From Ascidiella aspersa (Eukaryota): DNA of 64,000 bases. Positions 26,701-39,251 of this stretch are shown piece by piece. A program made the position numbers and the translations under genes. Location: positions 12,586,001-12,650,000 of the forward strand of contig OZ004612.1 of assembly GCA_963924565.1 (NCBI GenBank), written 5' to 3'. Position 1 is the first letter of the stretch; every line of letters begins with the position of its first letter. The notes under the pieces are model-generated. The model did no database searches and had not been told where the DNA came from. It saw only the letters and a list, made by a program, of their open reading frames with translations.

Positions 26701-29700
26701 GCCTCCATAGGTCAGTAGTTGTGTTTCGTTAGTCGTTTGAATTTATTTAAACTAAACAGCGATGCTGCCATGGACTATTCAGATGCAAATTTAAAGATTG
26801 CTCGCATAGCAAATTTACTGTTCTTGAAATTTGGCCAACCTTGACAGACACAGTAAAGCCATCGATTTCCATACACCAGAACTGGGTAAAATAGAAAAAT
26901 ACTTTAGCGGAAACACTTAACTTTGTTTTTATTTTAGAAAATAAATGGCGTGTTTTGTTGTTTTTAACGAGCTGCTGTTCTTTAAAGCCCAGTCACATAA
27001 TAAATTGCGATTTACATGAAACTGATTGTGAATAATTAAATGTAATTCTAGTTGAAATTCTAGTTAAAATTCTTATTTTAAAGAATTCGGTAGTTCTAAC
27101 TCTAATCTAATTCGAAAAAAACAAAATTTATCTAATTCTAATCTAATTTTAAAAAGCTAAATAAATCTAGTTGTCCAAGTTGATCCCCGGTATCGAAATC
27201 CTTTGCGGACCGAAACGCCGTTTCGTTGTTAACCAACTCCTCATCATATGTAAACTGGTGCTACCAGGCATAGTAATATTAATAAAAAACAGCTCCTCAG
27301 GTAATCGTAACCAACTCCTCCCCATTGATGCTCAGATTGCGGCATCAACTGCCACAAGCACTGCAAGGGTCGCATCGTGCAGGAGTGCCGACCGAAGAGC
27401 TCCGCCCGCAACGGTAGCGTCGCCTCGCAGTCGCAGGCGCTCGCCGGGAGCGGCAAGAAGCACGAGAAGTCCTCCGGATCCGGAGCACGCGACAAATCCT
27501 CAGTGTCCTCCGAGTCGGATATGTCGGCCAACGGAGGTGAGAATGATGCTCGTTTTTTTTTCAAACGGCTGGATTAAAGCGGTTTGGCGCTGGAGTTTAC
27601 CTATACGCCCTGCGAGTCATACAGACGTTTACATATTTGTTAAATGCCAATGGAATTCCAGCGACCAATTAAGGCAAGGAGTTTGATCATGGTTAAATAT
27701 GTTTAACCTGTTGACATCGCCTCTGGATTAAATCATAAAATTGTTGTAATGCTATGATTAGTCGCATGTAATGCTATGATTAGTCGCGATGTGGCGTAAA
27801 ACATATATTTGCAAATTTTGTTTAAATTAACTCTATATGGTTGTGTTATGTTAGCTTTTATATATTTTCTCCGCGCCTTTTTTAATCCAAAGTCGTACTA
27901 TAAAAAAAGATAAAACGTTGCGATGTACGAAAAATAAAAACAACGTCGCGATGTACGAAAAAGCTAAAAAAAAATAGGTTAAAACGGTTGGTCGTTTGGG
28001 GTAAACATTTAAAAAACAAGGAGATCAAGCGAGTCCGTTGTTACGGGCCGACATCTACCCCCATCGACCTTTACAATAAAATCCACGTCACCGACGAGCA
28101 ATTACCACTACGTGACGTCATAGCTGACAGTTTTACCACCCGAAGGCTGGAGGCTCGTCGCGCTTTCGCCCGTAAATTCCGATGAAAATTTGATGAGCTT
28201 TGTTATTCAACCATACCGCAAATCCTTCGACGGCTGATTGGCGCGCGAACGTTCCGTTGTTTAGTGGTTTAACATCAACACGCCGCTCCTCGCCGCACGC
28301 GCGCGCGCCCTTCCAGTTATTAGATTAATATTTTATGAAATTGCTTCGCTTCGCTGTCGTTTGACGCAGATATTGCACCGAGCGGCGAGACCGCCAGACC
28401 GCGCTGATCGATAACTTGCCCCGTAAATTTGCCCCTATTTTTGTCCCCGCGATAAGCTTATGTAAATTTCCTTTTCGCGGAAGCACGCTCGCGTATAAAC
28501 GTTTTTTTCAGTATGTGATTCAACAAGGCACGATTAGGCTTACGTTTTATTCGGGTTATCGTTTTTCCACCGTTTGAAGTCCACCCCTCCTTATATAAAA
28601 TTGACGTTATTTTTCAGTATGTGACTTACCACGGGGGCTTCGGACACATTTTTATCGGGCAATATTTCCCCCTCGTTTCAAGTACGCCCCCTTCTTATAC
28701 AATATTAGGAGATAATAACATGGTGGTGAAAAGGGCTTTGATCTGCCTACGACTTCCTGGCAGGCAGTTTGTAAAGACGATAGGAAGCTTTTGGGGGATC
28801 CCTCCGTACAGCGCGTTATGCTCAACATTTTTTTGAAGGGATGACTTTAACGAGATTTAATAGGAGTTCAAAATCGAGTCAATCTGCTGCTGTTATTCGG
28901 TTGTTCGTGATATATATTACGTGAAAACACAGGAGAATAGTTCGAATTGCGATTGTCTGTATTATAACTCTAAAACTGTAAAATATTTTACTCATACCGC
29001 CTTCAAAAAGTCTTTAGTTAAGAATACGTGTTCAACTGCGATACATACATAAAACATTAAAAATTTAAATTAACGTCACTGTCTTCCACAGACGGACTTG
29101 GTCACAGCGGCATCCACGCCGTGATCGAAGATGAAGCGTTCGAGATCCCACAGTATCACGTCAAGAGCGGTTCAGGAGCAGCGTCAGGAGCAGGAGGAAA
29201 GTCTTCCCAGATGAAGCGGTCCACTTCCCTGGCAGCGGCTGACGTCCACTCGACCCGGATGCGCCTGGACCCGGGCGGCGAACATCGCAAGGCCAAGCTC
29301 TCGTCCAAAACGCCGCCGCCGGTTCGCAAGGCCTCGTCGCCCATCCTGTCGGCCGGCAACATGTCTCTGCAGCGCAAGATGCACAACTTCATGATCTCCA
29401 AGAAGCGAAGCTCGGTCAAGCGCGCGGTCAACGACGCGGGCACGCAGACGCCGCAAGGGGAAATCCCCGGCGCCGTAGCGGCCGACGACGCAGCCGTGGC
29501 CGTTTCGTCGTTCCTCTACGGCAAAGCACCGGTTTTAAAAGAAGCCAGTGTAAAGCAAGAGCCGTCCATGCGTTTGGGAAGCACCGGCGAGGAACTGAGC
29601 GACGAGAGGCCCTCGGACGCCGAGGGGGAATCCCCGCCGCCGGCGTCACGCGCTGACGTCACGACGCCGCTGCGGACTCGCGGCGTCCACGGCGAGGCGC

Positions 29701-30587
29701 TGCTGGGCGACGACCGGGGCCCGGCCGAGCGCAGGGACAGCGGCCTGAGCGGCTGCAGTTGTGTGACGTCAGCGTCGGCCAGCACCTCGGCGCCTGCGAC
29801 GCCGCACTCCCTTGACGCCAACGGCGCCGCTTCCCAGTTCTCCTATCCCGTGCAGACGACCGGCCACGACGCCGACGGCCGGGCACACGCGCGCAGTGCC
29901 AAGAACAATGTGAGTGTACAGGGCTTTCGTTTGGAAAATTATGTTCTGGGATTGTGGGTTTTGATTGACAAGGCAAAATGGTGTTATGGCTGGAAAAAAA
30001 CTGCTGCCTAAGCTCGGTAGCGTTTCCTATTTGTTTTATTTTTTTTTTTCGGTTTAATTAACGTCAGCTTTTTTTTGTCAGCTTTTTATTCTTCGATTGT
30101 AGGTTGAGCCAAGAAGTGGCCAAACTTTTTTTCGGAAAAATCGTATTAACTGATCAGATGTAAAACTTTCTGTCACAATTTATTAACTTGATTTTCGTTA
30201 AATAGATGCAAATTAAATAACTATTGAAAAAAACTATAGTGAGAGGTCTAAATTGACGTTCTAAATTGAATTTTACATCAAAATTTAGTGTTTATTTGCC
30301 CCGACAACAATTTAACTGCATTTGATCTTCAATAGGGAAATATGCGGGCCGACAAAATGAACCTCGTGTGCCGTAGTTTGATGACCCCTTGGTTCGGTTA
30401 TTTAATTCTCTAGTTGGAGTAATTAACTAACCGTCTCCTCCATTTTCAGGTGAACCTCGCATCCGAAAACGCAAGATTGCGAAAGGAAAACGAGCAACTG
30501 AAAGATCAGCTCACAGCCGCCCGGCAACTCATCATGGACCTACAGGCCAAACTCCACGTCACCGCCACGTCATCGACCATGACGTAG
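2763..30587 (+). CDS. RASGRP: RAS guanyl-releasing protein (RASGRP family; REM, CDC25 GEF, EF-hands, C1, C-terminal coiled coil), 17 exons in window, possibly 5'-incomplete
   Basis: Exons joined in frame: 2763-3246, 4043-4145, 7377-7433, 7674-7802, 11901-12060, 15300-15473, 17631-17747, 18391-18491, 18946-19054, 19466-19627, 20366-20473, 20864-20979, 22795-22942, 23344-23380, 27336-27536, 29092-29909, 30450-30587 (TAG). About 1050 codons. Motifs: REM ([13 protein letters not shown]), [33 protein letters not shown]25 ([13 protein letters not shown]; [16 protein letters not shown]), EF-hand ([14 protein letters not shown]; [13 protein letters not shown]), C1 ([50 protein letters not shown]), coiled coil ([19 protein letters not shown]). 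All introns are GT-AG except one AT-AC. The first exon is open from an acceptor AG at 2761-2762; first in-frame ATGs are at 3030 and 3057. Confidence 0.95.
4146..7376 (+). other. U12-type (minor spliceosome) AT-AC intron of RASGRP
   Basis: 5' site ATATCCTTTT at 4146; branch site TTTTCTTAAC at 7356-7365, about 12 nt before terminal AC (7375-7376). Removal joins CAA CT|A TTC GAA in frame ([24 protein letters not shown]). Confidence 0.93.
8023..8162 (+). mobile_element. Decayed retroelement ORF fragment (Penelope-like)
   Basis: Frameshifted translation [44 protein letters not shown] resembles the FL..C...IPKF segment upstream of RT in Penelope-like elements; assignment from memory only. Confidence 0.35.
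13138..13240. repeat. Degenerate ~30-bp minisatellite (CGTAAACATGC core)
   Basis: CGTAAACA recurs at about 13138, 13168, 13198 and 13232 with A-rich spacers; intronic in RASGRP. Confidence 0.7.
15003..15160. repeat. Interspersed AT-rich repeat, copy 1 (copy 2 at about 27029-27170)
   Basis: Shared sequence GAATAATTAA..ATTCTAGTT..AAATTCT..TTTAAAGAATTCGGTA..ATCTAATT..AAAAA..TTTATCTAATTCTAATC in two RASGRP introns. Confidence 0.7.
22378..22390 (+). repeat. Poly-G tract (G13)
   Basis: 13 consecutive G in a RASGRP intron. Confidence 0.85.
27029..27170. repeat. Interspersed AT-rich repeat, copy 2
   Basis: Matches 15003-15160 over more than 100 bp in the same orientation. Confidence 0.7.
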
Positions 30588-31722
30588 CAGGTTGCGAGAA
30601 AATGTAGTCGCCGCCAATTTTTTTTCGTCAATTTGTAGAGTTCAACCGTCGTCGTTTTTTATCACCTGTTATTTTCCCTTTCTCCCCTATTTCTTTCTAC
30701 CGGTTTTTTGAATGACGAAAAGTTACCTTTTTTGAAAAGTTTTTTAATCGCTCGCCTATTGTCGCTTCCTTTCGATGTTTATTTTGTAAATGGTCGCCAC
30801 GTCTCTTCTGTCGACATTTGAAACCGTGTAAAAAATGTCCTCGCTTAACAGACCTTGAAAACGTCAATTAACAACAACCATCATCACTCTTTAACACTCT
30901 CCAATTCTACGAGTTGCTGTCATCGACCGATAACAGGTTGCACACCTTGCTTACGAAAAAGTCATTTGGCATAATATTCAAACACTGTCACACTCTTGTC
31001 AAAATATTTTCCAAAATTTACAAGGTGATATGAACTGCACTACGCAAATCGACCAAGTGTGCAAAAATGTCCCTGAACTGTTAAAAAAGGATTGCACCTT
31101 AGGAGTACTGCACCCTCGTTGTTATTTCAAAAAGCGTTGAAGGTATACCAAACCTTAACCCAGTGCTTTTTAAAAAAACTTAAGCCTATGATCTCGTCGG
31201 TGCAAAGGTGTCAGTGCACAACAAATGAAAGTCAAAGTTGTTATGTTGCTATTTTTTCATCTGGCGCTCCTGTCGGCGAATAAACTATTTCAAAAATATT
31301 ACACGATTTTTATTTGGCGCCTTGCCTGGAATGGTGGGGGTGCGATTTCATCAGTCAATACACGAATTAGGCTGGTGTACAAAAAACAACGTGAATTGGT
31401 AAAATGGAAATGGGTTTCAACTTAAAAGGCTTAACCGTAGAGTGTGAAAGGCAGAACAGGTGTGCTACATGATTTGTCTCTAACTAGAAAAAGACTTAGT
31501 CTTTGATGTGAGTTTCGGCTTCTTATGCCTAACCCTAAAAGTAGGGATAAGGTAATAACTTCATTAAATAAAATGTTTGTTAATATATCAACTGAAAGTA
31601 TGATAATATGAAACCAAAAGAGTGAACCTATAACGCATAGGCTACTAAGGCATGTTTGACACTCAAGGAGACTTAACGTTCTGTCTATATAGTCTGTTTA
31701 TCAGTCGGTATTCCTTCACACC

Positions 31723-32061
31723 AGTGCTGCGGAGTCGGTTAAATAAGCCCGAATTCCGGGCAACTGTCTCGATTTCGTCGAGTCCCGACTCCGCCGAATA
31801 TACAATCTGTATTTAGCCAGTTTACGTAACTAAAGCAAGGTGAATGAACACAGTAAGACAACCATTGGGTTATCATACAATTTATTCCTCCACGACACAC
31901 GGTCGGCAAATATTCTACCAAATGTATCTTTACAATTTTCGGCTGTCGAAAATTGCTACTGCGCACGTCGGACTCGGGACTCGGGTAGTTTTACGTGATC
32001 TTACTCGAGTCCCGAGTCCAAAACAAACCCACCTCGTTTAAACCGAGTCCCGACTCCGTGC
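31723..32061. mobile_element. hAT-type MITE (GAGTCGGACTCGGG family), degenerate copy
   Basis: Starts CAGTGCTGCGGAGTCGG; internal GTCGGACTCGGGACTCG / CGAGTCCCGA motifs shared with 32155-32528 and about 51960-52320. Confidence 0.65.
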
Positions 32062-32154
32062 TTTAAACACCCCGAATTGCTCAACAACCAGAATATAAGG
32101 TGAATCGTAATTTTGCAATTAAACACGAGTTAAAAAATTACAACCACTTGTAAG

Positions 32155-32528
32155 CAGGGCTGCGGAGTCGGACTCGGGACTCGAGTAAGACCGCGTAAAA
32201 CTACTCGAGTCCCGGGTCCGACGTGCGCATGCGCAGTATCAAATTTTAAAACTGTGAAGGCGGTGAAATGTAAGTTGTAAAAGTGTAATAGAAAATGGTG
32301 AAATATTTTTAATCCATGTAATGCGGGTGGATCAATTATGACACCAATATAAGTGGATTGCAGAAAATCCACCTTAATTTAGTTGCGTGAATGGGTAAAA
32401 TACAGGCTGTAAAGTCAGAGCTGGACTCGGGACTCGACAAAATCTTACATTTGGCCGGAGTCGGACTCAGGTGTATTTTTTTGGCCGGAGTCGGACTCGG
32501 GTTGTTTATAACCGACTCCGCCTCCCTG
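32155..32528. mobile_element. hAT-type MITE (GAGTCGGACTCGGG family)
   Basis: TIRs CAGGGCTGCGGAGTCGG ... CCGACTCCGCCTCCCTG; flanks CTTGTAAG / GTTGTAAG (7/8 target-site duplication). Confidence 0.85.
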
Positions 32529-32959
32529 GTTGTAAGTGGTTGTAATTCTCAACCGGGGGAATTTCTAAATTTTAAGGGGGGATTTGGAAATCAAATGTTT
32601 GAGTTTTTTGTTGTCAGTAGCCTATTTGTTTTAATGATGCACAAAACTGTTTTTTTTTAGTATTTTATTAGACGAAGCGCCATTCTCTTTGCGCTTTCAT
32701 GCACATGTCGTTTCATTTTGCCTATGGCTTAAAATAACTTGCTACGGTAATAATGAACTGTCACACAAAATAGAAAAACCTGCCTAATTTTTTTGTTGTC
32801 CAATCTTGCACAAAACATTGTCGAAAAAAGCTCACAAATAAAGCAAATAAATGGAATTAAAAATAATCAGAAATATCTGTCGTCAGTTGGCAAACTTAAG
32901 CTTTAGAAGTTGGAACTATATAGGTTAAAAATCACTGAGACGGGGTTTTCCAATACGAA

Positions 32960-35900
32960 TCAACTCGGCACCCCGTACCGATTCGCCTTTTTGACCAACA
33001 CCTCTTCTTCATAGCGAGGCAGAGGCGGATAATGAAGTCGAATCGCTTCCTTGCGTAATCGGGCGATCGCAACGTTCACCACAGCCGTGGTTCGCTCGTT
33101 GTACGGTTCCTCCACTAGGGGGCACGACTGGTCGTGGGAAAAGTCGACCGGAAGAGTTTCGGCGCAGAGCAGGCGCCGTTACAGGTCCTCGGCTCCTATT
33201 TCAACCTCCAGGAAGTTGACGATTCTCCTTAGCTGTGTCACCCGGTCTTCCACCAAGTCCTCGTAGTAGACCACCAGTGTGTGATGGTTCGCAGTCATTA
33301 TGACGTAATAGGACTCCAGCCACTCGCCGATGACGCTTGTCGCGAAATTTTCCCAGTCTGTTATTGGGCGCGAAGTAAAGTAAACTAATAGCTTAAATCC
33401 GCGCAAATATAACCTCGTTTATAAAGCTGATGAAAAAATAGCAGTTTTATACAGTCACCCAAAAAGGGGCAAGACGCAATTTCGACGTTTGCGTAATGGC
33501 ACTGAAATTGTAAAGCAAATTGTAAAGCATACCCATGCCTAAAGGTTCCGAGAATTCATAAGTGTACGCTGCTTTCATTTGTACGTAATGTAATACACAA
33601 ATACGGGTTGCCATTTTGGGTGGTTATCGTGACAATCGCGTAAAACTGTCAGATCCACATGTGTTATATTTTTGGATATACTAAACTTTCGAGTGGGGCC
33701 CTTCACTTTAATTTAAAATAATGGGCCGGTGATATGTGCTAATTAAATGTTATCAATTAAACTAGATAACCAATAGTCTCTTGTGTTTAAATTTTTTATC
33801 TTGTTCAGAAAAAATCCTTGTAAATCGCTCATGGTACGCGTTTATGTTAGTTCGTTCTGTATCGTTTGGCAAGGATACTTTTAAATATAGTTAACGATCG
33901 TTCGTCAAATATTTTCATAAATAAACATAAAAAAACAACAACAAACAACTTTACGCACTTATAACTATTCCTTGAAAACAATCAACGGGTAAATCAGTTT
34001 TTATCCCAGTTAGGCATCAGGGCAAAATACTAAACCAGGCGGTTACCTCTAGCTAGCGTGTGTGGGTTCGCCAAAGTGATCGGTTTCTTATTGTCGCTGA
34101 GTTTTGTGAAGAGGGAGAGCAGGACATCAAACGGATTGCGAATGAGAAGGATCACTTTGCTATTGTTGCTGTACGCTCGATATGGATCGTAGAATGTCCG
34201 CTTCAGCAGGACTTGTTGGTCGCCCGCATATTCGCCGAGAAATCCTACAGCGGAAGATCGCAAAATAAGATGGTGAATAAGAAGCTGGTTAGAAGCTTTA
34301 TGCGACGCGTTTACCGTGTATGCGATGCGTTTAACTTTGCTGTTAAACTTATATACAGCAATAAGCTCATTGACCAACCAAGTTTACATTTTGTAGTTTC
34401 ACCATATTTAGGGAAAAATAAAATTTTGATTTTATATAGGATTTTGTGCTGATCTCTACCATTTTTCGTGAAAGGGAACCGAAGACATGTCCCGATTAGA
34501 TGCAATTTGTTACGCGTGCCTAAGTAGAACAAACCTGTATAATTTGATTTCTAAGTATTATGCAATTTTTATGTAATTCTCTGTTTAGGGGTGACTATGA
34601 GCAGCTTACAGTAGATTGCAAACAAACCAGGATTTAATAAATTTGGTGCCCCGGGTAACAATAGTAGGCCTAGCACTTAGGCCTGTCATAGTTTCATCGC
34701 CCGAAATTAATTACATAAAAATATACTCTCCTAAAACGGTTACCAAAAAAACGCAAAATGCAAGAAGGACCATATGTGGGAATTTTCAGTGTCCTCGGAC
34801 GACCATTAACTTTATTTTTGAAATTAAGAGAAACTCTTTCAAAAGATGACATACCCTAGCTTTATCGAACCTCCGCCATCTATTAGACTTAAACGTGATT
34901 AAACTAAAACAAACCCAACGCTGTCGCACCTTTGTTGAACAATTCTTTGTCGGGACGTTCACTTCCAGTGTAGTAACCGGTCGCAGATTCAAGGCTGCGT
35001 AGCCATGTGACTCCGGAGCCAGAAACGCCATACAGCTCCTGTTTTAACTCTAAGATATTGTCAAGAAACGCCTTGACAGAGCAACGGTTGTCCTGGTGGT
35101 AGGTCCTCCACACTGATGTCGCCTCTGAGGATCTACCGAAGCTGACCAGCCAAGGCCACCAAAGTGTTTGGTCGATGTCGTAGGACTCAGCCAGCTCTAT
35201 GTAGCCGCCCAGGCAGGATGAGTCCGGCAAGGGTGACCGTCGAAGAATTCTACAAAAATATTTTAGTGCAGTGCTCTTCAACCTTTTTCGGTGCCGAGGT
35301 TTTACACACTGTCGGTGAGAGTTCGATTGTGGCTGCAGGCTGCTTGCGTGTCTGACTGTCGGTGAGAGTTAATTAAGCCTGCAAGTTGCAAGTACTATTG
35401 CATGTCATAAAACAGCATTTAAAAAAACTTGAAAAAAGAGAAGAGACTATTTAATGAATGTTTTGTGATTAAAAATGTCAAATATTAATGGCTGAATAAA
35501 AGTTTGTGATGCACCCTTGAAAACCTTTTCGTAGTGGTGCACCCCATGTATATTTTGGTGCACCGTGCACACCGGTTGAAGAGCACTGATCTAGCGTAAA
35601 CTATAATATCGGCCCCTTTTTCAGTTCCAAGGCTTATTTAAGTTTTAACAGCTTTTTGCTACATTTATCTATTACAGATTTGTGCTAGCTGTGCTTGGTC
35701 CCTGTTACAAAAAGCACAAAAACATAATCTCTAGTCCCTTTTTTAACACCACTCTGTGTCCACACGTATTAAATATTTTTCGCGTAACTTGTTCCACTAA
35801 AATGCCTAAACGATAATTAGAAATCTTTCACCGCTTAAAAATATCAGTTAGGCCTATATAGCAAAAAATGCAATAGAGAAGATGGCGTACAGTTTAAGAT

Positions 35901-38304
35901 CTTTTTAGATTATATTCTTCTAATTTTAAATTGTTTACCGCTTTGTTTTTAAAAAGGCAAACAAACCACATTTTTCCCAAGTAACTGATGAATAACGGCG
36001 GTCTGACGCGCAACAACATATATACGTAAAATTGACTTCTTAATTGTGTGCAGTATTTTTACTAAAATACTCTCTCTAAGCTTACTTGGGCGAGTTAGTG
36101 CAGTAGCAGGCATTATCGTTCGTCACTGCCAATATGCTGTTGGACGCCTGGCAGTGCAAGATGCAACGTGCCGGTTCAAGAAAGATTTGTTTTCCAATTG
36201 TTCCATCCGGCAATTCGTGGGACAAGTTATAACATCCGCCATAGTGACGCTGGTACGCTTCTGACAACGAAAGCGGCTCTGAAAAAAAAAAACGTTATCG
36301 TGATATGAAACGTTTTTGTGGCAAAATATCACAAAAACTAATAAATAAACAAAAAATATCTGTCGGTTACAGCAAATTCAACTAAACTAAGGAACCCAAA
36401 TATTTTCCTAAATTGTGCTTGTGTATAATTTGATAAAATATACCTGCATTGCTGCCTACATTGCTGCCTACAAAGAAATTGCCGACTAACATAAAGAAAC
36501 TTTTATTGCACACCCGTTGGGTGTAAATTGACCAAGTTGTACTTGAAGCATTGCTCACTTACTTGAGCTGCAATTGCTGGCTGCTCGGTAGACATCAAGT
36601 TCTGTGCAGGGTCCCCCGTTTTTAAGCAGAGTCGTTAACGAGCTGGAAGCAGCGAACAAACTTTCTGTAAACATGTTTGCGCAGGCGCAACTCTTGTTCT
36701 TGTAACTGGCGAGGTTGAATAGCCTGGAAACAAAGCTAGGGTCAAACTATCAAACTATTTAAACTATCAACGTCAAACTATCAAACTATTAAAGGTAAAC
36801 TCGTCCGATAAATTGTTATAAGCTTTTTAAAATAAGTGACTTGCTTAAATCATCGACTCAAGTCAATACAACACTGGAAAATGTTTTATGAAATCGCTTA
36901 AAACTTATTATTCATTGTATATTACTTAACAATTACGAAAAGAGTAACACCGAGTTGCAGACGAATCACAATAATCAAATACAAAACGAGAAAAACAGCA
37001 ACAAAAACAACAAAACAAATGCAACCAAAAGGTAAGTTTTATATACCAAGATTTAGGCGTGTAGGCCTAATAGTTTTATGAACCAAGATTCATTTTAATT
37101 TATTTTAAAAATAACGTTTCGAAGTTACGTAATAATGGGACCTCAAGAATTTACGTCGAAACATATGACGTTACAATGTTCCATCTAAACTTGACGTCAT
37201 AAATAATTAATCTTAAGAACATTGCACAATTTATTTAGTTAAAGCTTTGAGCTGGAGAAGTGTTACTTTTTCACAAAATATATGTTACAAAAATGTTATC
37301 GATTCGCGCAAAATTTTTAATTTATATGGTTCAAGTTGCCAATGCTTTTATTTTAGATGGTGCGTTGAGACACATAGCGCCTTTTGGATAAAAAATAAAA
37401 TACAGTTGGGGGGATGCCCACGCGACCCTGGATCCGCCCTTGCCAGGCTTGACGGTCATAATTTTCCTTACATTAGGCTATTCAGTTATATTTTTCCTCA
37501 ACGTGTTGCCTATTAATTTTAATTTTTGTTATATCTTGGTTTTATCGTCCGAAAATACCTAAAACAAGCGATCCAGAAGAATTATCAGATGGCCCAACTT
37601 TCGGTTGCAAACCATACGCTGGGAAACACATAGGCCACCTTGTAAAGACAAATCAAATAAAACATATTCTCCTACGCGGTAAAGCACTGGATCTTGCATT
37701 TCGACAGGCTTTCCACCTTGTGCAGCTGGAAAATTTGCTTGTCAAATAAACTGACATCCGATGATGCTTTAAAACACCCAACGTGACGAACTGTGAAAAA
37801 TAATATAGGGTAAGCCTATTTATACTGTAAAAAATGTAGTCGGTTTCAAGTTATCGCTCGGACTTAAATTTCTAACCAGCGGCGCTGGGTAACAAGCAAA
37901 ACGATTAGTTTCAATATTAACCTTAAGCGGCAAAGAAACACTGAAACACCAACATTCTTGGCCTCCTCTTTTTACCGATATTTCGAAAATTGGTTTCGAA
38001 GGCTAAAAAGGGGCGTTTATAACGTAAGTTGTGTACTGCCTAAAGTAACTTACTCGCATACATAATGCAATTTATCTTAATGAAATGAGTGCAACTTACT
38101 GTCACAGTGAAAACTAGGTTTTGTACGAACGATTTTACAGCCTTTGGAACATGTCGACCATTTGAACAGCAAAAAGCAAGAACTAACAAGACAAACGAAT
38201 CCGACAGTTAAGAGCAAAATAGCAGATTTGTCCCGCAACTTTTCCTTCCATGTTCTAAATTGAAACTCTTCTTTTATTATACCTAACTTATGCGATTTGT
38301 CCAT
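32960..38304 (-). CDS. WSCD: WSC-domain sulfotransferase-like type II membrane protein (WSCD1/2 family), 7 exons, with in-frame TAA at 33181-33179 (possible null allele or pseudogene)
   Basis: Exons 38304-38100, 37790-37676, 36723-36563, 36278-36086, 35249-34930, 34244-34047, 33357-32960, all GT-AG and in frame. N-terminal TM (AILLLTVGFVCLVSSCFLLF), two WSC-like Cys domains (RHVGCF..C...C; HYGGCY..C.LHC..CYC), sulfotransferase motifs SGSGVTWLR..ATGYYTGS, ILLIRNPFD, LVVYYEDL. Confidence 0.85.
35269..35588. mobile_element. hAT-type MITE in WSCD intron
   Basis: Perfect 15-bp TIR CAGTGCTCTTCAACC / GGTTGAAGAGCACTG; flanks TTTTAGTG / ATCTAGCG are only partly matched. Confidence 0.8.
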
Positions 38305-38618
38305 AAAAAAATGTTAAAGATTACGGATACCACAAGTAAGGAGTCAACGTACCTGTTTTGTTTCATTGGTACGCTGCCAGTATAATGAATTAACGGAAAT
38401 GGCAAAGGTTAATTGAGTAAGGGCTTCCAAACAGAAAACTCACAGTGAATAAACTATCAGTTTGTAATGGTAACTACACAAAAAATTATTACTTTAAATC
38501 AATTCTATTCAGTAGATACTTTGTCGAATATACATTTATATATATTCTAAACCCAACATGGCATCCCACTTTTTAATCAAATTATTAATAATAATATCAT
38601 TAGTATTCTATGAAAAAA

Positions 38619-38630
38619 CGCCACCTGGCG
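38619..38630. promoter_or_regulatory. CTCF-like motif in the divergent WSCD/RAB5IF intergenic region
   Basis: CGCCACCTGGCG (reverse CGCCAGGTGGCG) matches the CTCF core; isolated GC-rich word in AT-rich DNA. Motif match only. Confidence 0.3.
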
Positions 38631-39122
38631 ATTTTCAAAGTCTCTATAGAAATCACATAGTTTCTATGGACTTTGGCGATTTTAAATCACGAGAATAAAA
38701 CGTCAAGTGAAAAATATAATGTGTACCAAAGTCTATTCAAATGAAGAGACTCTGATGTGTACCATAATATTAGTTTTACAATAAAAAAGCACCAGTAACC
38801 AAAGAGATTATCTCTTTGCCAGTATTCAAATTTATTTAATTTTGCCACGCTTAATATTTTTAGTATAACTACTGTGGTATTTGACGTATTTTATGTTTGT
38901 ACGTCATGTGCGGTTCTTTTATAAACTTTTATCTTTTTAGTATCATTTTAAGGTTAAGTAAAAAATCAGGAATATATCTATTGTGTTTAATATAATTTAC
39001 TTTTTTATTACCTTTAGCTGTCGTTCCTTATATCCCCTCTGCGATGTTTTTTTTGTCACACTAATAGCACTTAACACTATAAAATCGATTTTTGATTTTT
39101 TTAAATTCAAAATCTGGTCTTA

Positions 39123-39251
39123 AGGCTGGTTCACAAAACTTCACACTAGACTCGTTTAGCGTCTGGCGTCTAACGGGCTAACGTATAACTTTTCCGAAAG
39201 CGTTTTTTAAAAACGTTTTACGCTAGACGCGTCTATAATGTGAACCAGCCT
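39123..39251. mobile_element. PIF/Harbinger-like MITE
   Basis: TIR AGGCTGGTTCACA / TGTGAACCAGCCT, flanked by TTA on both sides (3-bp TWA duplication); partly palindromic interior. Confidence 0.8.

Noticed and set aside
29156-29976. Several overlapping minus-strand ORFs
   Set aside because: Antisense shadows of the GC-rich RASGRP exon 29092-29909.
30585-30640. Readthrough of the RASGRP stop (TAG CAG, about 16 more codons)
   Set aside because: Short extension running into a T-rich tract; no evidence of coding character.
31723-32528. Recurrent GAGTCGGACTCGGG motifs resembling a CRISPR or iteron array
   Set aside because: Irregular spacing, both orientations, bounded by hAT TIRs with a target duplication: subterminal MITE repeats in a eukaryote.
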